A stretch of 64,000 nt of DNA, taken from assembly GCA_051656605.1 (NCBI GenBank), contig JBOGCF010000043.1:8366-72365 (forward strand). The letters are read 5' to 3'. This stretch comes from Tannerellaceae bacterium. GTDB taxonomy: Bacteria; Bacteroidota; Bacteroidia; Bacteroidales; CAMTPD01. The position numbers and the translations under genes are program-made. Positions 1 to 9,022 of the stretch are shown here, piece after piece. Under the pieces are notes generated by a model that saw only the letters and a program-made list of their open reading frames with translations, ran no database searches and was not told where the DNA came from. Within the stretch, counting starts at the first letter, position 1, and each line of letters begins with the position of its first letter.

Positions 1-309
1 GGTTGTGCCGTTGTAGGTGTGGTCGTTACGGCTTGTAACCAGAAAAAGGAAACCAAAAAAGAGCTTTTTGAAAGAACCTTAGAAGCTAATGTGACAGCAT
101 GTGCCGAACTCACTACTCAGCACGGTAATGTAGATACCGCAGTAGCTCGATCTTTTTGCAAATGCATGCTGACTAAATGTTTTGAAATTGACAGCAACTT
201 TGTCATGCTCAAAAGCTCTGAGGTGCCAGCATTCGTAAAAAAACATAAAGATGCCTTAGAAGGATGCGATGCTATATTACTCAAACATCTTTATCCGGGT
301 CAGAAGTAA
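1..309 (+). CDS. small hypothetical protein, probably a lipoprotein, 5'-partial (frame is open to the window edge)
   Basis: Frame 1 is open from base 1. The translated start ...GCAVVGVVVTAC/NQKKE looks like the end of a lipoprotein signal peptide. No family recognised. Confidence 0.35.
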   Translation, partial: GCAVVGVVVTACNQKKETKKELFERTLEANVTACAELTTQHGNVDTAVARSFCKCMLTKCFEIDSNFVMLKSSEVPAFVKKHKDALEGCDAILLKHLYPGQK

Positions 310-375
310 CTCTATTTAACGTATTTCAATAATCAAATTTGGCTTTGCTGTGTTTAATAAGAAAATACTTACAGT

Positions 376-627
376 ATGAGTTGGATTTTATATATCATTA
401 TTGGCATAGTAGCTGGCTTTTTAGCTGGCAAAATTATGCGTGGCGGAGGGTTTGGACTTATCATTAACTTGATAGTCGGTATTATCGGTGGAGTACTTGG
501 TGGTTGGATATTTGGCCTTTTTGGTCTTGCCTCTACAAGTATTATCGGAAGTTTAATAACATCAGTAATCGGAGCAATTGTGTTACTTTGGATTATATCT
601 TTTTTCAGTAGTAAAAAGAGTGCATAG
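376..627 (+). CDS. GlsB/YeaQ/YmgE-family small membrane protein (transglycosylase-associated family)
   Basis: 83 aa with three glycine-rich TM segments (IIIGIVAGFLAGKIMRG..., IVGIIGGVLGGWIFGLFG..., VIGAIVLLWII), the typical pattern of this family. Confidence 0.8.
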   Translation: MSWILYIIIGIVAGFLAGKIMRGGGFGLIINLIVGIIGGVLGGWIFGLFGLASTSIIGSLITSVIGAIVLLWIISFFSSKKSA

Positions 628-642
628 TAAATGTTAAATAAA

Positions 643-676
643 TCGGGACATATTCGAGATAACGAATATGTCCCGA
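643..676. terminator. bidirectional rho-independent terminator between convergent genes
   Basis: Perfect 14-bp stem TCGGGACATATTCG / CGAATATGTCCCGA with a 6-nt loop, followed by a T-run on the plus strand. Confidence 0.65.
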
Positions 677-702
677 TTTTATTTTTACAGTATATTTTAT
701 TT

Positions 703-1494
703 TTACAGTATATTTTGTTGCAGTGCTGTAAATACAGCACTAGGCATATTAGGTGCATTCAGTTTCTTCATAATACTTTTCTTATAATATTTTACTAGAT
801 TGATATCTAAATCAAGTTTTGCTGCAATATTATACTCTCGTGTTCCTTGAGCAATATGACGTAAAATCTCCACTTCAATTTCTTTTAAGTCTGTATGTCC
901 TATGTACTCAAATTTATTAGCTACCTCATTGTATTCATATACTTTATCATCATTGAGATAATGCATAATAACCCTCGGTTCCGTAATTGGATTAGGAAAT
1001 TTGTGAATGATGCCATAAAATAAAGAAGGTCTACCTTTTGAGGTGAACTCTGACGGTATAATAGTTGCAACAATAGGTATCTCTGCTTTATTTTTATTGC
1101 AGAGGTTATACTGATATTGAATACACAGATTAGAGCGATTGTTTTTGTTTTTACTCCAGATATCATTGGTGATACTCGCAATATGTGCTTTTTGTAAAAA
1201 CTGGGCATGTCCTCCCGCAATGGTTTCATTTAGTATTTTTGCTTGCGAAATGTGAGCATCACTCTTCGAGTATCCTATAAGATCAAGAAATGATTGCGAT
1301 AGGCAAAAAATCTGCTCACCATATCTGTCTATCAAATAGGATGGGGTATTCGATAGCTTTGATATTAAGATAAAACGTCTAATAAGCTCCTCTTTTTGGA
1401 ACTTCGTAAGGCGATATTCGTCGGAACAAACGACTTCCGACAGCTCAAAGATTAATTCAGACATCGTTGAGTAAATTGATAATTTTCGCCGCAA
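703..1494 (-). CDS. LuxR-family transcriptional regulator (sensor-like N-terminal domain plus C-terminal HTH)
   Basis: The C-terminal 60 aa (EVEILRHIAQGTREYNIAAKLDLDINLVKYYKKSIMKKLNA) matches the LuxR/GerE HTH pattern. An alternative start is at 1464 (MSELIF...). The gene is divergent from the 1693-7097 operon. Confidence 0.7.
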   Translation of the reverse strand: MRRKLSIYSTMSELIFELSEVVCSDEYRLTKFQKEELIRRFILISKLSNTPSYLIDRYGEQIFCLSQSFLDLIGYSKSDAHISQAKILNETIAGGHAQFLQKAHIASITNDIWSKNKNNRSNLCIQYQYNLCNKNKAEIPIVATIIPSEFTSKGRPSLFYGIIHKFPNPITEPRVIMHYLNDDKVYEYNEVANKFEYIGHTDLKEIEVEILRHIAQGTREYNIAAKLDLDINLVKYYKKSIMKKLNAPNMPSAVFTALQQNIL

Positions 1495-1581
1495 ATGTAC
1501 CGTATTTAAATAAAGAATACAATCAGAATGAAATGAGTTTTAGATAGAGTTTAATATTACACTATTTTGCAAGCACCTTCA

Positions 1582-1613
1582 TTTGGTTCTTTTTCTAAAA
1601 TCAACTAATTTTG
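1582..1613 (+). promoter_or_regulatory. candidate Bacteroidetes-type promoter (-33 TTTG / -7 TAnnTTTG) for the 1693-7097 operon
   Basis: TTTG at 1582-1585 and TAATTTTG at 1606-1613 are separated by 20 nt, about 80 nt upstream of the start codon. Confidence 0.4.
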
Positions 1614-1692
1614 GTTCTTTCTACATCTGCGAAACCAATTTGTGAGCAGACCTGAGTAGAATAGATGCATAAAAAAGAATAACCCTTATATA

Positions 1693-2886
1693 ATGTATAT
1701 TTTTTCCTCCATACGAGAGTTGATCAGAGCTCTAGATATAGGACGAGAGCTGCTTGGCGATATGTTTGAGAAACGTAAGTCGGCAGCCTACTTCTACGAA
1801 AAAGCACTTCAGCACGTTTCGCAAGAAAGACTCGACAACTTAATCAGCAAGGAGATCATCAGACGCAACGGTCAGTACATCGAGCTAGACGACCGTTTTC
1901 TGCAATTCTTCGAGCAATTTCTCGATGTAAACGAAGAGATCAACGTTTCATACATTCAGGAAAGTATCTTGTTCGTTAAGCAAAATATACTTTTCTACAA
2001 GCAAGAACGTAACGAAATCCGTCAATACAACTACCTGCGTACCATCAAATCGGCTTTGCGTCGCCTCGAGCGTACGGCAGTGCGCTACATTATGGACATT
2101 CAGCGCAATGTAGATAACACCTTCAAGACAGAGCCCAACTTTAAGATTAAAGTAGCTAAGCTAGAGGATTATGCGCGCAAGCGAGATGATCTGCAAGTGC
2201 TTATCGAGCATGTAGAACACCTCATCACGGTAGAAGAGGCCGACTTCTTGCGAAAGGCAATGGATGATGAGTTGAAAGAGATCTGTCTCGAACTTCGCGA
2301 GGCTCTCAATCAAACCCGTCATAACCTGATCGAGGTACAAAAACAGATCATCGAATACCTCAACCGAATCAAATATCAGAGTAAGGTGCTCGAGAAGATC
2401 CGTCAGATCAAATACCTCAAAGATCAAGTTGAGTTGCAAAGTCGCTCTAATATCTGTGACGTACTCGAAGGCAGAAGCGATGTGGTGTTTGAACCGAATC
2501 CGGCTTATCCGCTCAAACTCTCGCTCGATTATTTACAGACCGACGAAGTCCTTCCACTATTACGTAAACTATCGGCAGAGCAACGAAAAGGGGCTAAGAT
2601 AGAAGCTCCGCAAGCCGGCAAGATCGATATGGATTACCTCGAAGATGGTACAGAATCCACTCCGATGATCAATCCCGAAGTCTTGAAAAAAGCTTTCGTA
2701 AAAGGAGATCAACACCTGTATCAGTTTTTACAGGAATACAACTATCCGTTCGATGCCGTAAAAGAAGACCGTATCAAGATCTTCTGTCAGCTGATAGCTT
2801 TGTATGACAGCGAATTTGACGTGAGCGACGCCTATGAGCGCGACGGCGATATCGAGTATGTAATCGTTTATCCGAAAAAAAAGTAG
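1693..2886 (+). CDS. MksF/JetA-like (kleisin-like) subunit candidate of an SMC-type complex
   Basis: 397 aa, the first gene of a tightly coupled triplet. It has a long central helical/coiled region (residues ~150-250 are rich in E/K/L/Q). Position and size fit JetA/MksF. The assignment is by context only. Confidence 0.45.
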   Translation: MYIFSSIRELIRALDIGRELLGDMFEKRKSAAYFYEKALQHVSQERLDNLISKEIIRRNGQYIELDDRFLQFFEQFLDVNEEINVSYIQESILFVKQNILFYKQERNEIRQYNYLRTIKSALRRLERTAVRYIMDIQRNVDNTFKTEPNFKIKVAKLEDYARKRDDLQVLIEHVEHLITVEEADFLRKAMDDELKEICLELREALNQTRHNLIEVQKQIIEYLNRIKYQSKVLEKIRQIKYLKDQVELQSRSNICDVLEGRSDVVFEPNPAYPLKLSLDYLQTDEVLPLLRKLSAEQRKGAKIEAPQAGKIDMDYLEDGTESTPMINPEVLKKAFVKGDQHLYQFLQEYNYPFDAVKEDRIKIFCQLIALYDSEFDVSDAYERDGDIEYVIVYPKKK

Positions 2887-2887
2887 T

Positions 2888-3454
2888 ATGAATTTACCGA
2901 AACAAACGGGCGATATATTTGAAGAACTGAGCAAAGGCCGCTTTATCAGTTCGAATAGCATGGATCAGACAACGCGCATGTTGTTTGATATCATCGACGA
3001 AAACTATCAGGAACTGTACGACTACTTCCTGCACATTGGCTTTAAACTCGAGCAAGGACAGGAGTATTTCTACTTCTCACGCAATGAGTCGAAGACCAAC
3101 CTCGAACGTAAATTAGAGCAAGCCTATAAATGGATCGATATTGTAGACTTTCTCAAAACCTTCAACGATTCATTTGGGGTAGGTTCTCGCTTCTCTGCTT
3201 CAGACTTGGAAGTGAAACTACAGATGGATGTAACCTTCAAGATGAAGCTCAATGCGCTACGCCGCACTGTACGTGGCGAATCGCATCGTGAGATTATCGA
3301 AAACATCCTTGCCGAGATGTGCAAAGACCGATTCTTTGAATTGGAAAACAGTATCACGGGTACCTACAAAGTATTGGCCTCTTTCAAGTACCTCGAAGAC
3401 CTGATTATGAGTATTAACATCCCCGAAGAAATTCAAAATGAGATACCTGAATAA
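2888..3454 (+). CDS. MksE/JetB-like (DUF4194-like) subunit candidate
   Basis: 188 aa, acidic, starting 1 nt after the upstream stop. The segment LSKGRFISS...YQELYDYFLHIGFKLEQGQEYFYFSR resembles my recollection of the JetB/MksE signature (LxxGxxxx...IxxYFxxIGLELxxDExEGYAFLR). Confidence 0.5.
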   Translation: MNLPKQTGDIFEELSKGRFISSNSMDQTTRMLFDIIDENYQELYDYFLHIGFKLEQGQEYFYFSRNESKTNLERKLEQAYKWIDIVDFLKTFNDSFGVGSRFSASDLEVKLQMDVTFKMKLNALRRTVRGESHREIIENILAEMCKDRFFELENSITGTYKVLASFKYLEDLIMSINIPEEIQNEIPE

Positions 3455-6400
3455 AGTCGTATTTATCAATAGTGCGGCCATTAAATATGCTGAAATCCTA
3501 CTCGACGGAAATGTGCACCTTATCGGCACCCAGGGGGTAGGTAAAAGTACCATTCTGCGTTCGGTGCTTTTCTTTTACAATGCCGACTCATTAAAGCTCG
3601 GTATCGCAAAAGAGAAGAAGAACTATCAGGAATATTACCTACCTTATACCGATTCGTATATCGTGTATGAGGTGAAAAGCGAAGACTCGGCTTTTTGCGT
3701 AATGACCTTCCGCTCGCAAGGACGCGTAGGTTTCCGCTTTATCGACTCGCCATTCCGAAAAGAAATCTTTATCAACGAAGATAATGTGGCGTACAACGAC
3801 TGGTGGCAAATCAAGTCGGTACTCGACAAACTCGACATTTTCTATAGTCACAAGCTCGATACACTCGAAGAATACCGTGATATTCTGTACGGAAACTATG
3901 TAGCTCGCAAAGAGTACAAGCGCTTTGCTTTGCTCGAGAGTGCCCAGTATCAGAACATTCCGCGTACCATCCAGAACGTGTTTCTTAACTCAAAGCTAGA
4001 GGCCGAGTTTATCAAACAAACCATCATCCTATCGCTCGAAGACGAAGACAAGCAGATTCGTCTCGACAACTACAAGCATCACTTGAAAGACTTTGATACG
4101 CACCTGCGTGATATCAAGACCTTCCGCGACAAAGCCGTAACGCTGCAAGCCGAAGAGGTAACACGTTATCGTGCCGAGATAGGAGCAATGCGCATGGACG
4201 AAAAGGAGATGGCTTACCGCTTGGCATGGGCTGTAGATTCGAACAAAAACCGCCTGCCAAAACTAGAGAAGGAAGTCTTGACGTTGAAGCACGAAGAGGA
4301 GAAGACCAATCGCCGTATCGACGAGATCACGGCTCGCTCGGGCAATGCCCTGGGTAAGATCAAAGGTCGCCTTTCGGTGGTAGATAGTAAAATACACGAG
4401 GCTCGTCAAAAAGAGCAAGTCTATAAAGAGAAAGACATCGACTCTATCTGCAAACGAGTAGAGCAAAAGTCGGTCGTGATGCAAGAGCAAACGCACTTGA
4501 AGAATGAGCGTGATTTGCTGCAAACCGAATTCAAGAGCGTATCGCAAAAATATGAAGCACTGCTGGGCGAACTCGAGAATCAGAAGAGTGCTTTTGAAAA
4601 TGAAAATCAAAAGACACGTCTGCAAATTCAGAGCGAGCAAAACGAGCAGCGAGAACGCATGCGTAAGGAGTGCGACAAGCTGATCGAAGAATCGGCGGAG
4701 CAGCACAACGACATGCATAAACTTGCCGAGCAAGAGCTTAACGAAAAGCGAGAAAAGCAACAACAAGCTCAAATCGCGAAAGCAAATGCCGGACATGTGC
4801 GTCACTTCGAAAAAGAGATCGAAGCCCTGAAAGAACAGATCTCTGAGCATAAGAATCGTAGCATGCAAGCCAAGAATGGTATCGAGCATGCACGTCGACA
4901 AGCAGATATGCTTCAAAAGCAATGGGACAATGAGCAGCGTATGCTCGAGAAAGAGACCAAACGTGAGAAAGAGCGCTTGAGCGAATCGATCGGGCAACTC
5001 AAGCCTCAGGTTGCAGCTATTGATCAAAAGCTCGAAAGCACGCACGACTCGTTTTACGGTTGGCTCAACGACAACGTTCCCGGTTGGGAGCATTCCATCG
5101 GTAAGGTTTGCGATGAGCAGGTATTGTTCCGCAAAGACTTGGCTCCGAAATTAGCTGCCGAGGCATTGACCAACAACTTCTTCGGTCTCGAAATCGAGAT
5201 GGAGAGCTTGGAACAGAAGGTGAAGAGCGCGACCGATTATGCTCGTGAAAAGCAAGCAATACAAGATAAAATAGAAGCCCTTCGCTTGGCGCTGGATGAC
5301 GCAGATAAGCGTTTCGCTGCCGAAGAAGAAGCCCTACGTAATAAGTTCCGCCCACAGGTACGTGACCTCAAAGAGCAGGTTAGGGTAGAGGAATATCAAC
5401 TCGAACAAGCCGAACGTCTTGTACGTGAGAAAACCGTAGAGCTTGAAGACCTGCGTCGTAATGCACAGAGTAAGCTGCAAGAGCAACTTGAGGAAGTGTC
5501 GAAAGCAGCCGAATTGGCTCGTAAAGAGGTTGAGGCGGCTACTTCTAGGCTCGAAGCGGTACGCAAAGAAATTAAGGAGCAAAGCAAACACATCGAGCAT
5601 GATTTGCGTCGCAAAAGCGAAGAGCTGCAAGCACAATCGGCTGCTCGCATTGCCGAACTAAAAGAGGCTCTCGATCAGTTCCTCGTAAAATACGCGACTC
5701 GTAAGAAGGAACTTGAGAACGAAAAGCTCAGCGACTTGTCGGGTAGTGGTGCCAACGTAGACCGTATCGATGCCATTGCCAAGCAGTTGAAGAAACTGGA
5801 GCAGGAGTTGATCTTCATCGAAGAAAACACCGAACTTGTGGTGATTTACAAGAAAGACAAGCAAGACTTGATCGATCGTTTGCCCGATTTCCGTAACGAG
5901 AAGAAGCTTTACGAGCAGAAGATTGCACAAGAAGCCGAAGCTTTCCGCTTGAAAAAAGATGTGTTGGTGGCTCAGCTTGAGCAAACCAAACTCAAACTCT
6001 CAGAGTGTACCTCTCAGATCAAGTCGATACAGGAAGATGCCAAAGAGTATGAGCGTTTTGCAACGTACGAGTGCTATCAAGAGATGAAGGAATGGTTGGT
6101 AGAGTTGCGTTCGGGATTTGAGACCGAAGAGGCTCCGAAGGTGCTTATTGCCAAGTTGATGGATAAACACTACGCGCTGGAGCGTAAGGTGACCGACCTG
6201 AAAGCTGCCGTGGCCAAGTTCTTGGGCAACTTCTCTGAGCGTAACTTGTTTAGCTTCCGTACCAACTTGATGTACGATGCCGACTTCATCGATTTTGCAG
6301 CCGAACTGGCCGACTTCGTTGAAGAGGATAAAATAACGAAGTTTGAAGAAGAGGTGTATAGCCGCTTTGCGTCGATCATTCAATTGATAGGTAAAGAAAC

Positions 6401-7097
6401 GGACGAACTTACTTCTCGAGAAGGAGAGATTCAGAGCATTATCTCTCGTATCAACCGCGACTTTGATGCCAAGCGCGACGTGGGTAGCGGTATCATTCGC
6501 AAGATCGAGCTTCGTAGAGATGATAGCATGAACCCCGTTGTGAGTATCTTGAAAGAGATCAAGAGCTTCAACGACGAGTTTGCTCATTCACTGGGCGAGG
6601 CAAACTTGTTTGGTGCGCCAAATAAGCTCGAAGTAAATGCGAAAGCAATCGATTACCTGCGTATCCTAAGCAAGGAAATTGATAAGTACAAGAAAGAGTG
6701 CATTTCGTTGTCCGACTCGTTCGAACTCAAATTCCGTGTCGTGGAGAATACCAACGATACCGGTTGGGTCGAAAAACTATCTAACGTAGGCTCCGAGGGT
6801 ACCGATATCTTGGTGAAAGCGATGATCAATATCATGCTACTCAATGTGTTTAAAGAAAACGTGTCGAACCGTTTCAAAGACTTTAAACTGCACTGTATGA
6901 TGGATGAGATCGGTAAGCTTCACCCAAATAATATCAAGGGTATCTTGCGCTTTGCCAACGATCGCAACATCTTGCTGATCAATGGTTCGCCTACCGAAAA
7001 CAATCCGCTTGCCTACAAGCACATCTTCAAGCTAGAGAAAGATGCCAACAGCGTTACCCGCATCAAGCGTCTGCTTACCAACTACGAAGAGATCTAA
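3438..7097 (+). CDS. SMC-like ATPase, MksB/JetC-like (N-terminal Walker A head, long coiled coil with central hinge, C-terminal Walker B head)
   Basis: 1219 aa, overlapping the upstream gene by 17 nt. Walker A GTQGVGKST lies at 3525-3551. Roughly 1000 aa of E/K/Q/L-rich heptad sequence is interrupted mid-protein by a non-coil block (FYGWLNDNVPGWEHSIGKVCDEQVLF, ~5043-5240). A Walker B-like LHCMMDEIG lies at ~6891-6914. Confidence 0.7.
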   Translation: MRYLNKVVFINSAAIKYAEILLDGNVHLIGTQGVGKSTILRSVLFFYNADSLKLGIAKEKKNYQEYYLPYTDSYIVYEVKSEDSAFCVMTFRSQGRVGFRFIDSPFRKEIFINEDNVAYNDWWQIKSVLDKLDIFYSHKLDTLEEYRDILYGNYVARKEYKRFALLESAQYQNIPRTIQNVFLNSKLEAEFIKQTIILSLEDEDKQIRLDNYKHHLKDFDTHLRDIKTFRDKAVTLQAEEVTRYRAEIGAMRMDEKEMAYRLAWAVDSNKNRLPKLEKEVLTLKHEEEKTNRRIDEITARSGNALGKIKGRLSVVDSKIHEARQKEQVYKEKDIDSICKRVEQKSVVMQEQTHLKNERDLLQTEFKSVSQKYEALLGELENQKSAFENENQKTRLQIQSEQNEQRERMRKECDKLIEESAEQHNDMHKLAEQELNEKREKQQQAQIAKANAGHVRHFEKEIEALKEQISEHKNRSMQAKNGIEHARRQADMLQKQWDNEQRMLEKETKREKERLSESIGQLKPQVAAIDQKLESTHDSFYGWLNDNVPGWEHSIGKVCDEQVLFRKDLAPKLAAEALTNNFFGLEIEMESLEQKVKSATDYAREKQAIQDKIEALRLALDDADKRFAAEEEALRNKFRPQVRDLKEQVRVEEYQLEQAERLVREKTVELEDLRRNAQSKLQEQLEEVSKAAELARKEVEAATSRLEAVRKEIKEQSKHIEHDLRRKSEELQAQSAARIAELKEALDQFLVKYATRKKELENEKLSDLSGSGANVDRIDAIAKQLKKLEQELIFIEENTELVVIYKKDKQDLIDRLPDFRNEKKLYEQKIAQEAEAFRLKKDVLVAQLEQTKLKLSECTSQIKSIQEDAKEYERFATYECYQEMKEWLVELRSGFETEEAPKVLIAKLMDKHYALERKVTDLKAAVAKFLGNFSERNLFSFRTNLMYDADFIDFAAELADFVEEDKITKFEEEVYSRFASIIQLIGKETDELTSREGEIQSIISRINRDFDAKRDVGSGIIRKIELRRDDSMNPVVSILKEIKSFNDEFAHSLGEANLFGAPNKLEVNAKAIDYLRILSKEIDKYKKECISLSDSFELKFRVVENTNDTGWVEKLSNVGSEGTDILVKAMINIMLLNVFKENVSNRFKDFKLHCMMDEIGKLHPNNIKGILRFANDRNILLINGSPTENNPLAYKHIFKLEKDANSVTRIKRLLTNYEEI

Positions 7098-7144
7098 GAC
7101 GATTTATCCTCTGTTTGGCGCTAAAAACCAAACAGCCTTTATAT

Positions 7145-7186
7145 AAAAAGCAAGCTTACTTTTTCACAGAAGTAAGCTTGCTTTTT
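7145..7186. terminator. bidirectional rho-independent terminator
   Basis: Perfect 16-bp stem AAAAAGCAAGCTTACT / AGTAAGCTTGCTTTTT with a 10-nt loop, and A/T runs on both sides. It lies between convergent genes. Confidence 0.8.
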
Positions 7187-7206
7187 TTGTAAACCTTACA
7201 AGGTTC

Positions 7207-8352
7207 TTAAAGGATAGTGCCTACAAAGAGGATCGGATTGTCATCTTCTTTCACCTTGCTTACGATGGTCTGTAATTCTGCCGATCGAATGCGGTCTTTA
7301 TTCTCCAATAACCAAGTTGGTTGCACCCAGAAAGCAACCTCGCCGTCCGATTCCCATAATACGAAGTCTTCTTCATCGAAGGGCAGACTTACGTTTTGCA
7401 TCAGAATATCCTCTGTAAATGTTTTAGAGGATTGAGTTTGTTGTGCTGTTTTATCGTAGATGTTAACATGTTTACTTCCTTCGTAATAGCAGGTAAATAC
7501 TAACCTATCATCACCCTCTACAACATCGTACGTAGTATTTACACAACCTCGAGCATTGAATGCTTGGAAAAACTCCATGATGTTCGCATAATTCTTTTCT
7601 GTAAAGAACGAAGCAGGTAGGTTTTTTCCGTTGTACGATAACACATACCTGGGCGTTGTCTGTTTTTTATCAAGCGAATAAATGGTATCGTTGAAGGCTT
7701 CGAAAAAGATGGTTTCGTCGTTGTGTGTTGTATAAAAGTTGCGAGGTGTGTATATATGTAAGAACTGGCTACGTTGTTTATCGATCGGAAAAAAAGAGTC
7801 TCGTTGATTTTCGCCGTATACATTAAACTTCGAAGCATTATTTATATCGCACTCATTGCCACTATAGGTGAGAGTCGTTTTGGAATCAAGTCTGTACAAT
7901 TGCCGGGCAGAAGACTCAATGGAAGAGCTTTTTATGTAGTTTCCATCGTAATCGAAAGAGAGAATCTTCTTTTGTTTGCTATCGAGTATATCAATTAGCT
8001 TAGATGGTTCGTCGACGATAAAATCTGTTATACCGGTGTACTCGTTTTCGGCTTGACCCTTTTGGCCGATGTTTTTTATGAAGCTTCCGTTGCGATCAAA
8101 CTGCTTAATGGTATTGTCGGTACGCACAAAGATGTATTTCGGGGTAAGTTTTACCGAGGCCAAAGCATCGATCAAAGAAGAGTCTGTTGTTTCGAGAGCA
8201 ATAGGAGTGAGCTTGTCAAATATATTTGATGTGGCAACCGTAGCATTGTCGAGCTCGATTTCGATCACTTCAAACTGTGTTGGTGTTACATTCTTTTGGC
8301 ATCCTACGAATGCGAAGCAAGCGATCGTAGCGATCAATAAGTGTTTTTTCAT
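7207..8352 (-). CDS. 6-bladed beta-propeller lipoprotein (BF3164-like family)
   Basis: Lipoprotein signal MKKHLLIATIACFAFVGC. The segment LTPIALETTDSSLI...IKQFDRNGSFIKNIGQKGQAENEY matches the family's typical N-terminal pattern. Confidence 0.7.
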   Translation of the reverse strand: MKKHLLIATIACFAFVGCQKNVTPTQFEVIEIELDNATVATSNIFDKLTPIALETTDSSLIDALASVKLTPKYIFVRTDNTIKQFDRNGSFIKNIGQKGQAENEYTGITDFIVDEPSKLIDILDSKQKKILSFDYDGNYIKSSSIESSARQLYRLDSKTTLTYSGNECDINNASKFNVYGENQRDSFFPIDKQRSQFLHIYTPRNFYTTHNDETIFFEAFNDTIYSLDKKQTTPRYVLSYNGKNLPASFFTEKNYANIMEFFQAFNARGCVNTTYDVVEGDDRLVFTCYYEGSKHVNIYDKTAQQTQSSKTFTEDILMQNVSLPFDEEDFVLWESDGEVAFWVQPTWLLENKDRIRSAELQTIVSKVKEDDNPILFVGTIL

Positions 8353-8541
8353 GCTATCTTATTTTGATAAATTAGAAGTATAGTCCAAATATACTAGAGA
8401 CTACATTGTGCGTAAACATACTACGAATTTATCAAAAAGCAATAATCCGGCAGGTTTTAATCAATCTGGGGGCAAAAGAAAACCTTTCGATCCGCGGCTG
8501 CAGAACCGAAAGGTTTATGGCATAAAAGCAATTAGTCGCTT

Positions 8542-8829
8542 TTATCCTCCCATTATTTCAGTAAGTTTGATTCCCCATCCAGGAGGTTTACCTCCGGTTT
8601 GATAATACATTTCTTTGAATCCCATCTTCATTGCATAATAATATCCAAACACCTCCAATGGAATGTTGGGTACAAAGAGCAGATAAGGTTTTCGGTCTAT
8701 TACGGTAATATCTATCGTCTCTTTGGCCTCCTCGCGAATAAGACAAGCAGCTGTGAGTCCGCCAAAGTTAGAACCTAAAACCAATACATGCGGTTTGTAT
8801 TTCCCATTTTGATTTACATTGTCTATCAT
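8542..8829 (-). pseudogene. short remnant of an FAD/NAD(P)-dependent pyridine-nucleotide-disulfide oxidoreductase (SQR/NDH-2-like N-terminus only)
   Basis: 95 aa. A Rossmann dinucleotide fold VLVLGSNFGGLTAA...VIDRKPYLLFVPN is followed by an unrelated short tail, whereas full-length family members are several-fold longer. A hairpin terminator lies downstream (~8476-8515). Confidence 0.4.
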
Positions 8830-9022
8830 AATCTGCTGTATTAGTTGTTGAAAACAGGATAGTCTTGATAGTATTACTAATTAAACTAAAACAAATGATA
8901 TATCCAGAAAGATTAAGCAGTGCTATAAAAAAGAACAATCTCAAAAAGCTACGCTGATGAGATTGTTCTTTAAATAAGTGGAAGTAAAATATGAATATGC
9001 ATTTTATTCTAAAATAATAGAC

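Noticed and set aside
681-716. Perfect tandem duplication of 18 nt (ATTTTTACAGTATATTTT x2) at the 3' end of the LuxR-family gene.
   Set aside because: It is real in the sequence, but the second copy merely contains the last codons and stop of the gene, and the first lies in the terminator-proximal spacer. It is most simply a small slippage duplication with no evident function.
369-758. 129-aa ORF antisense to the GlsB-family gene.
   Set aside because: It overlaps a well-supported small membrane-protein gene and runs through the terminator hairpin. The product is low-complexity sequence.
4263-6587. Long antisense ORFs (276 aa and 195 aa, among others) inside the SMC-like gene.
   Set aside because: The repetitive GAA/AAG/CAG-rich coiled-coil coding sequence leaves the antisense frames open (L/F-rich products). 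There is no independent support for them.
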